Assembly: GCA_905178155.1 (NCBI GenBank)
Contig: CAJINV010000005.1
Location: 104,254 to 168,253 of the forward strand
From: Amoebophrya sp. A120
Lineage: Eukaryota > Protista > Dinoflagellata
DNA length: 64,000 bases
Reading direction: 5' to 3'
Of the stretch, positions 11,496 through 24,700 are shown piece by piece (positions within the stretch are counted from its first letter, which is position 1; every line of letters starts with the position of its first letter). The notes beneath the pieces were generated by a model. The model was not told the DNA's origin. It saw only the letters and a list, made by a program, of their open reading frames with translations, and ran no database searches. Position numbers and translations under genes: made by a program.

Positions 11496-12170
11496 GACGT
11501 CGTGTACCTTAATCGTAATACCGAGGTCGCGGCGGCGGCAAACAACAGTCAGGCTCTCATTCGCTCATCTTTGCACCCCGGCAAGGCGCTGCAACGACGG
11601 CCGCGCCCGCAGCGGAGTTGCGGGCTTCGCTACGGTCCGTTCGTCGAAAAGAGCTTGAAATGGTTTTCGACAGTCGGTTCTGAGCAGGCAGGGACGCAGA
11701 AGAAAAAGGCAATCACGCTCTTGCTCCAATCTGAACTCAACGAGAGGACACCACGACGTTGAGAGTAAACGATAGAACAAAGTAGACGACTACGATTTTC
11801 AACATTGTTGCCACACAATCTCGGTAAGTAGTGCGCAATCTCGGTAGTAGTGGCAAAAAACTCTACTTGCCACAAGCAGTGTTCCCACTCACAACGAGAA
11901 ACGACAACAACGTAAGACCCAAACACTGCGCACGATCGATCGCTCGTTTCCGATAAGAATCTCTTAGTATCACCCTCCTAGAACAAAGCATGGCGTGTCT
12001 GTCGATCCCAATCGACTGCGCACATATCGTGCTGTTTCAGCTTTTGATTTCAGTCTGTCGTTCACGTTCTTACCAACACCAAGAAAAGTGGCGATAATAA
12101 ATTGTCGTCTTTGCAGCATGTGCCGATTTCGTTTGACAAAAGCTCCTCAGGAGCATTCATCTTCGCAATT

Positions 12171-14705
12171 TCACTTTCTCACACCCCCTCCGCCCTTCCC
12201 ACCGGTCTTACTTGCCTTGGCGCTCATCCGCTTGTCCCGCCTTGCCTTCCGACGGTTCTGCTTCTCCACCGCGGCTATTTCCAAGGCAGGAAGCTGGTCA
12301 GAGGGCAAAGCTGTCAGATCTTGTACTTGTTTGTCACCGCACGATGAAATACCATCCAACACCCGCAGCTCTCGTTTTTCTAGCTTCAGCCACCCGTGTT
12401 GTTGCGCGTCGTCCATGAGCAAAAATGCGGCTTTGGCGGACAACTCCGGAAATTTTTCGACGATCTTGTCCTTCAGCAAACCGCGCTTGATCTTCTCGTT
12501 TCTACTAGGGGCGCCTTTCTCACCAACAGCGAGGTGCAAAACGTTTCCTAGCACAAACGCCGCCAGCGCCCGTCGCTCGTCGAGCGTCAAGGCGGCTCCT
12601 GAGGCAGTCGGTTTCTCCGACGGAGACGCCGGTAGGTCTTCAGGATCTGAGCCTGAAGCCATATCATCGTCATCGTCTCCTTCAGAGTCATTGGCTTCAC
12701 CGTGGCAGGTGTTCTTCTGCAGCACTATAAGATTTTCCCTTGCCTGTTTCTGGTTTTTCACCAGCTTCGGGATCTCATTCAAAACCCTGTTGAACGCCTT
12801 TTTCACGCCTTTTGGAGCAGCGTTTGTGCTCGGCCCGTAGAGAACCTTGCCGGTCTTGAATGCGGCTTCGAGTAGCGTAACGCTCGCGTCGTAATGCTCG
12901 GAATTCTGTTCTGTTGCGGGAATCTTCTTTGCTGCAGCTGTAATGACTTCCTGCAGAGTTGCAGCAACCGCTGCCAAATCCTTGCCAGTGACCAGAGTCT
13001 GCAGCTTCGCGAGCAGCTTTTCGTCGCTGGGGGAGGTTATTGTGTAATCGGGTGTTGTACCACCAACAGGCACAACTGCGTGCCCGTCACCCTGCTCTGC
13101 GGCCGCCGTTGCAGCTGGAGCGGCTTTCCCTGCAACCTCCTGCTCTGCCCCACCTTTCGAGGAGGTCTCCCTTTCTTGCGCACCAGCACAGCCACCAGCT
13201 CCGGATGAAGCAGAAGCATTCGCCGTCGCACCGCTCGCGGACGCCTTAAACTTTTTGTCCAACACCGCTTCTTCAGAAAAGGGGTCGAAGATGTCGCAAA
13301 CTGACGCGTGCTTGCCGTAAAAGATTTCGCGCATGCTGAACTGCAACAATTTCTCGTGCGGCGGCTGCAGTAATTGTTCTCTGAACAAATAGTGTTTCGG
13401 GAAAACTTCGGCAAGTAGGAACGCTATTTCTTCGGCCCGGGACGACTGTTGGGTCTGTGTGTGTTCATCTACAGGCCCAGGCAGCTTTTCTTTCGACGTC
13501 CCGTCATCATCAAGGCAATCTGAACCGAAGGCATCAGAATCAAGGGATTCGTCGTCACCATCGACGTCTGCCATTTTGTTGACGTCAAAACCGTCTAGAC
13601 TACTTGCATCATCCTTCACGCCAGCATCGCCCCGCACGACCGGCGACGCCTCAAGTTCTTTCTCGAAAGAAAATTGTAAAGGACCTGGATGACGAGTCGT
13701 AGCCGTGTCGTCACCATCATCTTCTCCTCCCAGTAGCCACTCCGACACCGCTTCGCGCAGCAAACTTGCGACAGTGGCCTGACAGTCTCTATTCTCCTCT
13801 TCGTCCTCGCCTGCACAGTACACCGCGTCGTAAAATTTCTGTCGTACAGTCGCTGCGAGTTCGGATTCGCCGGAATCTTCGACAAGTTTCTTCGGATTCA
13901 CGCTCAGATTGAACAAAATCTGGTAGATATCGTCCCGCAGCTTCTCGTAGGTGAAGCAGTAGCGGAAGCAGTCCAGGATGTAGCTCTGCATTTCCTCCTT
14001 GTCCTGCGTGTAATACGTCCCGCCCTTGACCCCCTCGAGCAGAGCTGTGCGGAGGAAAATGGCGAGACGGCTTGGGCGGGGTTTCGTGTTGCTGCTTTTC
14101 GACGCGTCGGAGTCGCAGGGTTGGAGCGCTTGGATAAGCTTCGTGAATAGTTTTTCCCTGTCATCCTCCCTGCAGGAAGCTGCGTACTTTGGGAATTTTT
14201 CCGTGAAGAAAGAGTTGAACTCCGCTTCGTCGCAGACGATTTGAGTTGGCGTGTCATCCGCCTTCATCTCTCCACCCGGAGATGGTCGCCATATGGCTTG
14301 CTCCAACAAAACGCAGGCTCCGCCCACGGGCTCCGTTTTTTCCAACAGCCGGTCCTCGTCTCGCAAAACTTCTTGCAACAGAAACTTCTTTGCCAAAAAC
14401 TCACTGTCGAAAAGCAGCGAGGCAATTGGCACGCGGACGGAGGACTTCATGGTAGCTGCTCGCTCTTGCGTTTCCTTTTGATCTGCCATTGATGTCGTGA
14501 AGACACACCGGCCCCATTCCGTCGCTTCGTAAACGTAGTCGGCGTAACGATCCTCGGACGATGGACTGGCTTTGGCAGCTGTGTCAACATCCGATGATAG
14601 TGCATTCCGTTTGTTCTTTCCGTCGCTGCCCGCCGAGCTACCAGTGCTACTCTTGCAGTCCGATTTTTGCACGCCGCCCACCGGCTTGTTCTTACACTTT
14701 GCCAT
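12171..14705 (-). CDS. Uncharacterised ~845-aa protein with acidic stretches and a basic C-terminal tail
   Basis: Uninterrupted 847-aa ORF; likely ATG (MAKCKNK) at 14705; C-terminus RRKARRDKRMSAKASK. No domain recognised. Confidence 0.75.
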   Translation of the reverse strand: MAKCKNKPVGGVQKSDCKSSTGSSAGSDGKNKRNALSSDVDTAAKASPSSEDRYADYVYEATEWGRCVFTTSMADQKETQERAATMKSSVRVPIASLLFDSEFLAKKFLLQEVLRDEDRLLEKTEPVGGACVLLEQAIWRPSPGGEMKADDTPTQIVCDEAEFNSFFTEKFPKYAASCREDDREKLFTKLIQALQPCDSDASKSSNTKPRPSRLAIFLRTALLEGVKGGTYYTQDKEEMQSYILDCFRYCFTYEKLRDDIYQILFNLSVNPKKLVEDSGESELAATVRQKFYDAVYCAGEDEEENRDCQATVASLLREAVSEWLLGGEDDGDDTATTRHPGPLQFSFEKELEASPVVRGDAGVKDDASSLDGFDVNKMADVDGDDESLDSDAFGSDCLDDDGTSKEKLPGPVDEHTQTQQSSRAEEIAFLLAEVFPKHYLFREQLLQPPHEKLLQFSMREIFYGKHASVCDIFDPFSEEAVLDKKFKASASGATANASASSGAGGCAGAQERETSSKGGAEQEVAGKAAPAATAAAEQGDGHAVVPVGGTTPDYTITSPSDEKLLAKLQTLVTGKDLAAVAATLQEVITAAAKKIPATEQNSEHYDASVTLLEAAFKTGKVLYGPSTNAAPKGVKKAFNRVLNEIPKLVKNQKQARENLIVLQKNTCHGEANDSEGDDDDDMASGSDPEDLPASPSEKPTASGAALTLDERRALAAFVLGNVLHLAVGEKGAPSRNEKIKRGLLKDKIVEKFPELSAKAAFLLMDDAQQHGWLKLEKRELRVLDGISSCGDKQVQDLTALPSDQLPALEIAAVEKQNRRKARRDKRMSAKASKTGGKGGGGVRK

Positions 14706-15730
14706 TTTTCTCAATAAATTGCACCAGGGATTATACCCGAGATGAAATCAACGAGCTTCAATTGGTGCTAGATGGTCCACTGTCTGAAATGTCAGCCGGA
14801 AGGGATCGATCGTCGAAATTCATGACCATGAGGCGCCACCTGATTACGGACGGGATCATCCAGAAAAAAGATTTCTTGAGAGGATCTTCTTACTTGTGCC
14901 GAGGTGGTAGATTCTTTACTTTTCGCTTGTGCTTTGCGTTTTGCAATTCCACCTGACAGGATCATTTCTTCTTTAAGCGAGCTTGGTCTTCTGAATGAAC
15001 GGAGATGCGTCATACAAACCACGATTTTACACTTTCTTGAGCTTCCTTTTCTGATTCATCTGGATCGGAAATATAATTTATCACAAGGATCTTTGTTCTC
15101 CCTGTTACAGCAGTCGACTACAGGTTGCTAGAAACCGCTCGATCTTCTGTTCGTCCGTTCACAATCCGTTTCGCACCGGACCAGGCCGACACTTAACTTC
15201 ATACCGACGCTCAGCCCGTACGCCAGTCTCCTCGATATATCCAGAATGGCACTGCGGTTCGGGTTTTGGGCATTTTTCGCTTTCGCTCGCGATTCATACT
15301 TTCGTTGGATCTACTTTGTGTGCACATTTGTACGCAAAAATCACGACCGCGGCAAACAAATTCTGTACGTAACGTGCAGTAATAGGATTCAAATGCTTCG
15401 GCAAAAAAAAGTAAGGATACGAATGCATAATTGCAGGATGTCAGCTCGAGCGATCAAACTTCGAGCATCCCAGACTGTATTTTCATTCCATATGCTGAAT
15501 CACTTTCAGATCCAAGAAAACATACTGCACACGGCATATTCGCGATGATGTTGATACTTCGCATTTTCATTCTAACGCGTCTTGCGTGAAAGCCTCATGA
15601 AGACCAAAACAACGGATTTCCTTCAACTTGAAATTGCTCTCCAGCATTCCGTAGAAATTAGTCGTAGAAGGAGCTGTGACTCAACAAGGGCGGCAGCTAC
15701 ACTAAAAAAACTTCACCCCCGCCCTACTCC

Positions 15731-17791
15731 TCACGACCCTTGTGCCTTCTTACTGCCAGCCTTCTTGAACGCTTCAATGGCCATCAGTCTTGTTTTCTTC
15801 AAGTCTACCATGGGTGCATAGTATTTGAACTTTCCACTTTCCACGCCTGCTGCTGTACCCGCCGCGGATGAAGAGGAAGCACTATTCCCTTGTTTCTCCA
15901 GCGCCTTTTTGTTCACAAACAGCGGGTTTACCGCAGCTAGATTCAAATTCCCTTTCGCCGCCGCTGCGCCGCTGAGGTACTTCCCGTTGTACTTTTTCTC
16001 TTCCCAATTGTGCAGGTCTTTCGTCAACACCCCCGCCACCTCCGGGACGTATCTTTTCGTGTACCCGCACTGGGGATCCACCTTCTGCAACTGCGACTGC
16101 GCGTTCATGATGCGGAAATACGGCGAGCCGTCCGCCCCCGTCGAGCTCGACCACTGCCACCCGCCGTTGTTGCTCATGGGATCGTAGTCGACGAGGTGCT
16201 GTGCGAAAAATTTCTCGCCGATCCGCCAGTCCTGCAGCAGGTTTTTGGTCAGAAACATCGCAGTGACCATGCGGCACCGGTTGTGCATGAACCCCGTCTG
16301 CAGCATCTCCCGCATGCCCGCGTCCACCAGCGGGACGCCGGTGGTGCCGGTTTTCCACTTTTCCAGCGCGGCGTTGTCCCGTTTCCAGTCGATGTCGGCC
16401 ACCGTATACTCTTTCGTGAAATTCTGGTTGGAGAGCAGCGTCTTGCCGTCCAGTTCGAAGGCTGTAAGTAGGTACAATTTCATTTAAAAGACACTGTACT
16501 AATTCGTGAGTAAGAACAGAAGTTAGAGCATCGATTTCCCCCCTGCAAATTCGGAAAAAATCTTCCTGCGAGTATTGTCTGATACCAATTTTTAGTCCAA
16601 CAGAGTATTACAAGAACTTCTGTCTTGACAAGACCAAGTACCTTTCCCCTGCTGCTTCCCGAGCGAGCAGGTTCGCATCCCGGCGAGGATCCAGGGATGG
16701 TGCAGGGTGACGTATTGGTAGAAGTCCCGCCAATACATCTGGCGCAGAAAGCCCTCCTTGCTCGTCGCATCGCTGTCGGCGCGGCAGGTGACAAGCACAA
16801 AGGCCTCCCGCGCGGAGATCAGACCAAATTTGAAGTGCGGGCTGAGCAACGAACACTCCTGCTCCACGCGGTCGCGGTTGCTCAGATATTGATTGAACGG
16901 GTACGTTTCAAGTCGATGCAACGCGGCTTTCCGCGTCGCCGGCACGTGGACGCCGAGCTTGCGTTTGGTTTCACCACTAGATGGTTTCGCAGCTGCGTGT
17001 GCGCTCGCCGCACCACTCCCTCGGTACTGCGCCACTAGCGTCGACAAGTCGAAATTGGCGCCCACGGATGGCGCGTTTTTATTGTTCATTAAAAGCTCCT
17101 GTTCCGCCTGTTGCAGGGAATAAGATGCGCAAGTAGAAAAACTAATTTTCGGGACCGCAGTGGTGAGCAAGTGTTTGTCCACGTCGAATTTTCCTTTCAG
17201 AATCGGTTCCAAGGCCAGTTTTTTCGCCGCGTTGTAAAAAGGCGTGAAAACCCGGTACTTCGTCCCCGTCCCCGACCTCAAGTCGTGCAAGCCCCCTTTC
17301 GTGATGTTGTGATCCTCTATTGCGTGAAACGGCACTTGCAGCTTCTCCAGCTGTTCCTTCAGGCCCTGCTCCCGCAGTTTCGCGTACGGCGTGTAGTCCT
17401 CCGCGATGCTGACGTAGGTAACGGACTTACTCTCCTTCCGTAACGCCTCCACTAAGCGGGTAAGAACATCGGTATGCTTGCCGTAGAACACAGCTAATTT
17501 TTGCTTCAAAGCGGTGTTCAGGTCGTGCAGCGCGGCGAGGAGAAAGGCGAAGCTGTGGCTGCTGAAGTAGTCGCTTTCCTTCGTCTGCTCGGGAGTGAAG
17601 ACGAAGATGGGCAGGACCTTGTCGCATTTTGCGAGATTTGCAACTAACGCGCGGTTGTCCTCGATGCGAAAGTCCCGGGTGAAAATGTGGATGCCGATGT
17701 TGGTTTGCGCAGATGAAGAAGCGTCGACTTTGGCGCGTTTTGCAGCCGAAGAGTCGCCCGACTTCGCAGAACCGGTGCTGCTGCGCTTCAT
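15731..17791 (-). CDS. DNA photolyase (class I CPD photolyase-like), two exons
   Basis: N-terminal IHIFTRDFRIEDNRAL and YRVFTPFY; FAD domain SLLSPHFKFGLIS, WRDFY, GTTGVPLVDAGMREMLQTGFMHNRCRM, DYDPMSNNGGWQW. GT-AG intron 16462-16641 joins KQQGK-A-FELDGK in frame. Start uncertain (17791, or up to 18106). Confidence 0.9.
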
Positions 17792-18786
17792 GGTTCTTTT
17801 TGATAGCAAGAATGTTGCGGCGGTAGTAGGACGAGAAGTCAATACGTCTGTATCAATAACTCGCAAGAGTGGCGAAAAAGATAAAGAAGGGATTGCACTG
17901 TAACTACGTCGATTATCATCTAGTATTACTTCGAGCGACTTCCTTGGCATCAAGCCCAATGATGTTCTGCGTAACAAGTGTGTCTGTAATGCCGCTAGGG
18001 GAAAGGTCTTGTTCGAAACAGCGGTGTAAAAATTTTTTCGTAATAAAACTGGAGGACTCGTGAAGGGGTGACGTGCGCATGTTGCTGATGCGATACAAGG
18101 GGGCATATGAGCGTACGAGTAGAATGGTGAGAATGATGGAGCCTGAAGTTGTGTGTGTCATCAGTCAATTCCGCAGTCTGATGTGAAACTGGGTATGGTA
18201 CACCGCATTCACGCCTCATAGTCCCCGCACACGGCAACAAACGTGTCTGTGGGATTGGTATGGCGGCGTAAAGGTTAGTTGCACTTGCATATGAATGAGT
18301 AGTAGTTCATGAATCTAAAATCTGCACCACCTTCCAACTATGCGTCGCTAATAGGTGAAGCAATCCGCCAATGTTCTTGGCTTTCAGCCTTTACTGAACT
18401 TCAAGTCTGGAATAGCATGATGAAATTCGCCTCCAAATCAGTAGAATATTATACCCATCATCGTTGCTGATTTCTTGAAGAACTGGTCCACAGATGACTG
18501 TCGAAAAAGTATAGGAAACAAGTACAAGTTGTTTGAAAAATGCAAAGAAAGTTCCAGTCTTCGTTGCTAGGCAACTGCATTCTGACATCGTTACCCTCGG
18601 TATCTTCTACAACGAATGGCGATCATTTAGTCCATAGAACTTAGCACGCCGCTCTCTGCCTTCATAGACACAAACAAATAAATTCGATTTTTCTCGTCAA
18701 AAGCAGGGGTAAAAATCATACCACGGTCCGGCCTTGCCTATCAGCACCCCTTTGTTCAAAAAACCACAGCGTTCTTCTGGCCGCGA

Positions 18787-21700
18787 TCACGCATCGGCCG
18801 GCATCTGGGATCGGTTCACCTTGGTCTTGTCCGTGACCGTCTTTCGGCACAGTGGGCACGTGCTCAGCGACTCGTGCTGCGCGCACGCTTCGCACGCACA
18901 CTGATGACCGCATGGCAGGAAAATGATATCGTGTTCTCTGTCGCAGCAGATCAGACAGGTCTCCGGATTCTGCTCCTTCATCTGCGCAATGCGTCGCTTT
19001 GCGCGTGCAAGTTTGTCTGCGATCTCCTGGCGCCGGCGGTGCTGCTGCTCGACGAGCGGCACTGCGGTTCCCCCCAGGAGGCTCCTTGCCCCGTTAACAG
19101 AGCCGCGCATCAGACGCGCGTACAGGGACGCTGACAACGGCGCCGTCGCCGTCCCATCGTGCTCGAGCCCGATCGAGATTTTTGCTGCGGCAATCACCAA
19201 GTCGGGGCGGAGCAGCGGGGGGTAGAGCCGATATTCCGCAGCTGCTAGCCACGGTGCCGCGCCGGCACGCAGCGAGGCAAACAGACCACCGACATTGCCA
19301 CACCGACGGAAGTTCTCCCGCCCGTGACGCCGATCCAGTTCTGCTAGAAACGAGGCCGGGTCAAAAGTTTCGGGCTCGCAGGCGAGATGCTCGCTCCAAA
19401 ATTGCAAAAAGCTGAAATTCAGCAGACAGGAAAATGATGCGCGGCTTTCTAGCTGCTCTTGCTCACGTTCTAGCTGCTGCATCGCCTCGTGGATCTCCAG
19501 AACGTCCAACACCTGTGCGTAGAGTCAAAATTGCCTATTGGTATTTTTTCACCATTCTACTTTAGCGACAGCAGTGCGATCAATGCGACAAAGCGTCGAA
19601 ACAATGATGATCCTGCTGTTCAATGGGACCGAATTACTTACTCAACATTTTGAAACTGCACATTCATCATGAACATTGTGGTGATACAGCCGTGGTTTTT
19701 TGACACAGAAAAACATGCGAGATACGGTGTCAGTGGAGTCGAAGATTCTCGCCGAAGCTGCGAGAAGTTGTTGCACACGCTGAAACCAGGAAATGTCTCC
19801 CAAATCCAGAATTTGCAGGATGCGCTTCGCTTTCTCCTTCGGGTCGCGGACGTCAGCGCACTCCTGCAGTGCTGCAAGGCCTGTCTGAAATGCGTCCAGC
19901 ACGGAGAGATCGCGGTGTTCCGGCGGTACGGTGTCTTCCGGCAGGACCGGGAAGAGGCTGCTCAGACCGCGCATGTGGGCGTGTCCGTCGACACCCACGG
20001 TCGACGTGAAAAGGCTCGGGTTGAAATAGGGCGCCAGATTGTGGAGATCCACATTGCGACAGGATATGCCGGTTTTGTGGTGCCCCCCAGTTGACTCCTG
20101 TTCGGCGCCGGATGCCGACGTGAGGCCCGGGGCATAGGTGGCAGCTACGTGCGGGGCGAGAAAGCTATCCAGCGCCAGTCGCACGTAGTGTGTATCAACC
20201 AGCTGGGGCCGACTAGGTGCAGCAAGCAAGCCCGCAGGCTCGGGCGATGCGTTGTCAGAGACGACAGAGCTCTGAGCGAAGCCCCGACTGAGGGCCGCAC
20301 GCACCGCGTTGGCTTTCATGATGGTTTGCAGAGAGATTTGATCAACCACTCTCTTTTCCGCGTCGCAGCACCTGAGCGGTAGCTCCCCGCTCAGTGAAAG
20401 ATCGCCGAGCCGAAGTCGCGTGATCGCACCTGTCGCTAATTCGAAATCGACTGCCAAGCTGTACTCCTGCGGGGCAAAACACAAACACAGCTTGGTGGCA
20501 AGTAAACTGTCCTCGTCGGCAAGCAACGTGACGCCTTCCACGCGGCTGTTTTCAATCGCTTGCGGTCCCATAAGACCGAAGACGTCTTTCTTCGTCACTT
20601 CTTGTGTATTTTGTACCACTCTACTAGCAAAGACCCCCACAAGAACGCCCGGCTTCGGTTTGGCTTCTGCGCTACGCAGCAGCGAGGCGTTCGTCCACGC
20701 AGCGACATCGTTTGACCCGAGAGCTTTATCCAGAGCCTCCGTGAGGCACTGGTCGAATCCCGTCGCAACTGCCATCGCGCACGGATTTTTGTTGGAAGCA
20801 CAATACGCCACACGCCTGACTTGCTGCTTGCAAACCAGCGCGTCTCCTAGGTCGAATGGTGAATATGCCGCAAGTGGTCGTGCGCTGGAGAAAATATCAT
20901 TCCGGTCTGCAGAAGAATTCCTTTGCTGTGCACAAGCGAGAGCCTTTCTGAAAGCAGCCGAACCTCGATTCAACTCCTTCTGGTTCGCTGCATTTTCCGC
21001 CGTCGACAGCATGTCCTCGGGTGCGAAGAGCTCCCACTGAATCTTCAAGCTGCTGGTCGGCCGTCCGAGCACGATTTCCTGATACTCGTCCTTTGTCGCA
21101 TTGCTCAGTATCGCTAAGTTTGCGCTGAGACCACTCGCCTCGCCCCGCTTGCAGTTCAGGGGAAACCGTACTTGCGCATTTCCCGCACGACCGCTGGCGT
21201 ACAGCTCGAGTAACTGGCACCCTTCCGGTAAGAACCGCAACTTCGATTTGACGCCACTGTACGCCTGTTTCACTTCCGCTGACAACGCACCTACTTCGGG
21301 ATCCTGTTGCCCGTGGTCCGCGACTGTCCCCAAGGTTGGCATGTTCGGGCCTCCTGCTCCGCGGTCCCGTCGAGCACAAGACGTCGAGCAGTCCTCGTCG
21401 GTTGCTTTGTCAGACTTGGTCTCCGCGAAAACAATATGAACGCGCCCCTGCACGGTCTCGCCGTTCTGTTTACCGAAGCCCTTCCGGCCTTTCTGCCCTC
21501 CCTTCTGGGAGTTGTCGGCATCGAAAACGAGCTTCTGGACCTCACAATCCTTTGCGACGGAGCCCAACACTTCGTCTCGAAGAACGCTTTTCCACTTGTC
21601 TGCCGCGACAAGCTCTCTCGGCATTTCGATCGGGAGTGTGACGGCGCGACGCGGATCCACTTGGTGCATGGCAACGAGCCGCTGCATCTCTTTGCCCCCC

Positions 21701-24700
21701 GGGTTTGCTGCCCCCTGTTTTGGTCGCCCGATGAGGAAGTTCGGACTAAACGTCGCCGTAAGGACAGTCAGGAGGACTTCGACGGGCGCGGCAAACAACG
21801 AGCCGATATGCGTTGCGGTGTTTCTTTCCCCTACGCTCACTAATTCCGGGTTCAGCACTGCTCGCAAAACCTCCACTTGGAGAAACATCTCCGACTCCGC
21901 GTGCAGAAAGGGTTCGATCCGATCCAAAAGCTCGACGAGCTTCACCAGGAGCACAACCAACTTCTTTGGCACAATGGCACCAGCATACTGACTCGCAAAG
22001 CGCTTGGAAAACTGCCAGAACAAGCTGTACTGCGTGTGCGGCTGCAGCAGCTTGCGGCGCTCGGCTCTCAACCTCGCAACTTCCTCCAGCGAGTCGGCGT
22101 ATGCTTTCTCGAGCATCTTCCATTCTGCGTCCGTGTACCAGCCTATGAACGCTTCCCCAGCTGCCGGACGACCAGCTTCACCCTCAGAAGCGCGAGATGC
22201 GCGACCGCCGGATCCGGCCTTTCCGAAAACAGACACGCGCACCTTCTCAGCTACTGAAGAGACTTGCTGCAAAATTCCGGAGTTCTGTGCAGGTGTCTCT
22301 TCCACGGGGACCTCTGTTACACCTACTACCACTCCCGTGCCGCTGTCAGTAGAGCTGCTACTACCGTGGTGTCCATCTTGGCTCACCGGCTCCTCGTGTA
22401 CATCTTCGTACGTGAGATCGCTTGTTGCTTTCTGCAGCGAGCTTTTCGATGCTCGTTTCCAACGCCCATGCATTTCAGAATACAGACGGCCCTGCTTCTG
22501 GTTTTCTTTCAGCAGGTGTTCCTCATTGATACGCAGCTGCTCCTTGATTCGATCGGCCTCTGCGACTTTGTACCGCGCGAACTGCACCAGCCACTCAGCT
22601 AGCAGGTTCCGCAGCATGAGCGGCTCGGAGCACGCCCCTGCGTCAAATATTCTTCGCACTGTTGCGGAGGCGCGGTTACGCTTTCCAAGTTCCGCATCGT
22701 CTTTAATGACAAGGTGTGACGGCTGCGAGAACGGCTCCGGCTGCGATAGGCCCACAACCACAAGTAGAGCGTCTGGCAAACAGCCGAAAAGAGCCCCGTC
22801 CACGATCAGCCGGCACAGCCGCGCATCAATCGGCAGCGCTATCATGAGGTGCGCGAGAATGGTCGGGTCTGCATCGTCGCCAATACCGGTCAAGGCCCCC
22901 ATTTGAGAAAGGGAATCCACGGAGTGCTCGAGCTCCTTCAAGTCAGGAGGCTCCGGAACCAGAAGCAAAATTTCGCGCGGTTGCAGTTTCTTCGGCCGCT
23001 CCCAGCGGCTAGCCGCCGGCTGGACGTTGCTGGAGACCACGCTTGTTCTGGTGGATTGGGAAATCGGCGTTTGCGCTGGGAACTCAAGCTCTTCTTGTGT
23101 CGCGCGGTCCGCCGAGCCCGATCCGCTAGCTCGCCTTCCGTTCGAGGAAGCAGGCGGTGGGCTCTGCAGTGAAGGAGTGGCAACATGATCGGAATGCGAA
23201 GACGAAATCCCGGTGGAGTTCGACCTCGACGCACGGCCGCGTACTCCATCCGAAATTGCAGACACTCGTCCCCGATGAACACGCCTCCATTCCGGTGGGA
23301 GTGGCAATGGGGGTAGGCGCTGCGACAAAAATTTCGCTTGCATGTACGTCTTCTCAAGGCTGGCCACCTGGATTTCGGGCGGATCAAAGGGGCGCCGAGA
23401 GTTGAAGAGCCCGCGGCTCATGAGGCGAACACACACTCCGGGGAACACGCGGCCCGCGCGGCCGGCTCGCTGCTCCATCGACGCCTGCGAAGCCCACACA
23501 TCTTCCAGGACCGCCGAGTGCTTGCTGCTGTTGTAGACCTGCTGCCGCTTCAGCCCCAGGTCGATCACTACGCGCACGTTCGGGATCGTCAGAGAGGATT
23601 CGGCGATGTTGGATGTTAGGATGACGTGCGCCGTGCCTGGCGGAGGTGGCAAGGAAACCGCACGCTCCTGGTCCTCCTGCGGTATCGTCGAGTGGAGTGG
23701 GAACACCTCGTAGGTAATGCCGGGGTCAAAGCCGTGCCGGTTGTACAGCGAATAGCTCGGGTCTTCATCGATGTACCACGCGAGATGCTCGCTGAGCTCC
23801 GTGATCTGCGCGATGCCGGGAAGAAAGATCAAAATGCTCTCACCGCCTTCAGCCAGATCGCGCACGAGATCTGTTATGCATTCCTTCCAGTGGCTCGGGG
23901 GTTCTGGCCTCCTCGTCGTGCTCGCACGACGGCGATTCGCTCCTGCTGTCGCGTCGCCGTCGTCTTCACCCTGTCCCTGAAGATGATGGGGGCCGCGAGA
24001 TAAGTTCTCCTCCGCTCGTAAAAACTTCTCCTGGAGCCAAACGCTACGTTGGCGCCCCTCAACCTCGATGCGCAATTCTGAGTACTTCCGATCAGAGTGC
24101 CGGCCGTCCGTCCAGTCGTCCAGGTACAGCACCTGCACGGGAAAGCGCTTTGCCCCCACGGCTATCGGCTGGACAGTAGGCGCCGGCACGCCGGGTCTCC
24201 GCTCCGAGGGGCCAGAGATCGAGTTCAGCTCCCCAAAGTATTGCGCAAACAAGTTGCCCTGCAACGTAGCGCTCATGACAATGAGCTTGAAATCTGCAAC
24301 AAGGGCGAACAGCCGGAGGATTAAGCTGGCGAAGTCCGCGTCGATGCTGCGCTCGTGAACCTCGTCGAGAATGATGTGCGTGAATTGCTTAAGCCGCGCC
24401 GGGTTTTGTACGCTGCTTTCGAGCAGGTGCCCCGTGGTGCACAACAATATCTCGGTCTTGTCGGAGTCCCGCGCAGAACCCCCAATGCGGTACCCCACAG
24501 ATCTACCGGGCCCTTCCTCCCCCAGCAGCACTGCGATACGTTGCGCTAACGTCTTACACGCCATTCTCCGTGGCTGCGTCATCAAAATGCGCGGTTTCCG
24601 GTGACAGCTAGCGTCCTGGAGGTGCATTTCGCGGACGAACACGGGCACTCGGGTGCTTTTCCCACAACCAGTTTCGCCGCGAATGAAGGTTACGCGCTGT

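Noticed and set aside
18787-19512. Stand-alone RING finger gene
   Set aside because: It starts at GTG immediately after a CAG acceptor and joins the helicase ORF in frame; better read as the last exon.
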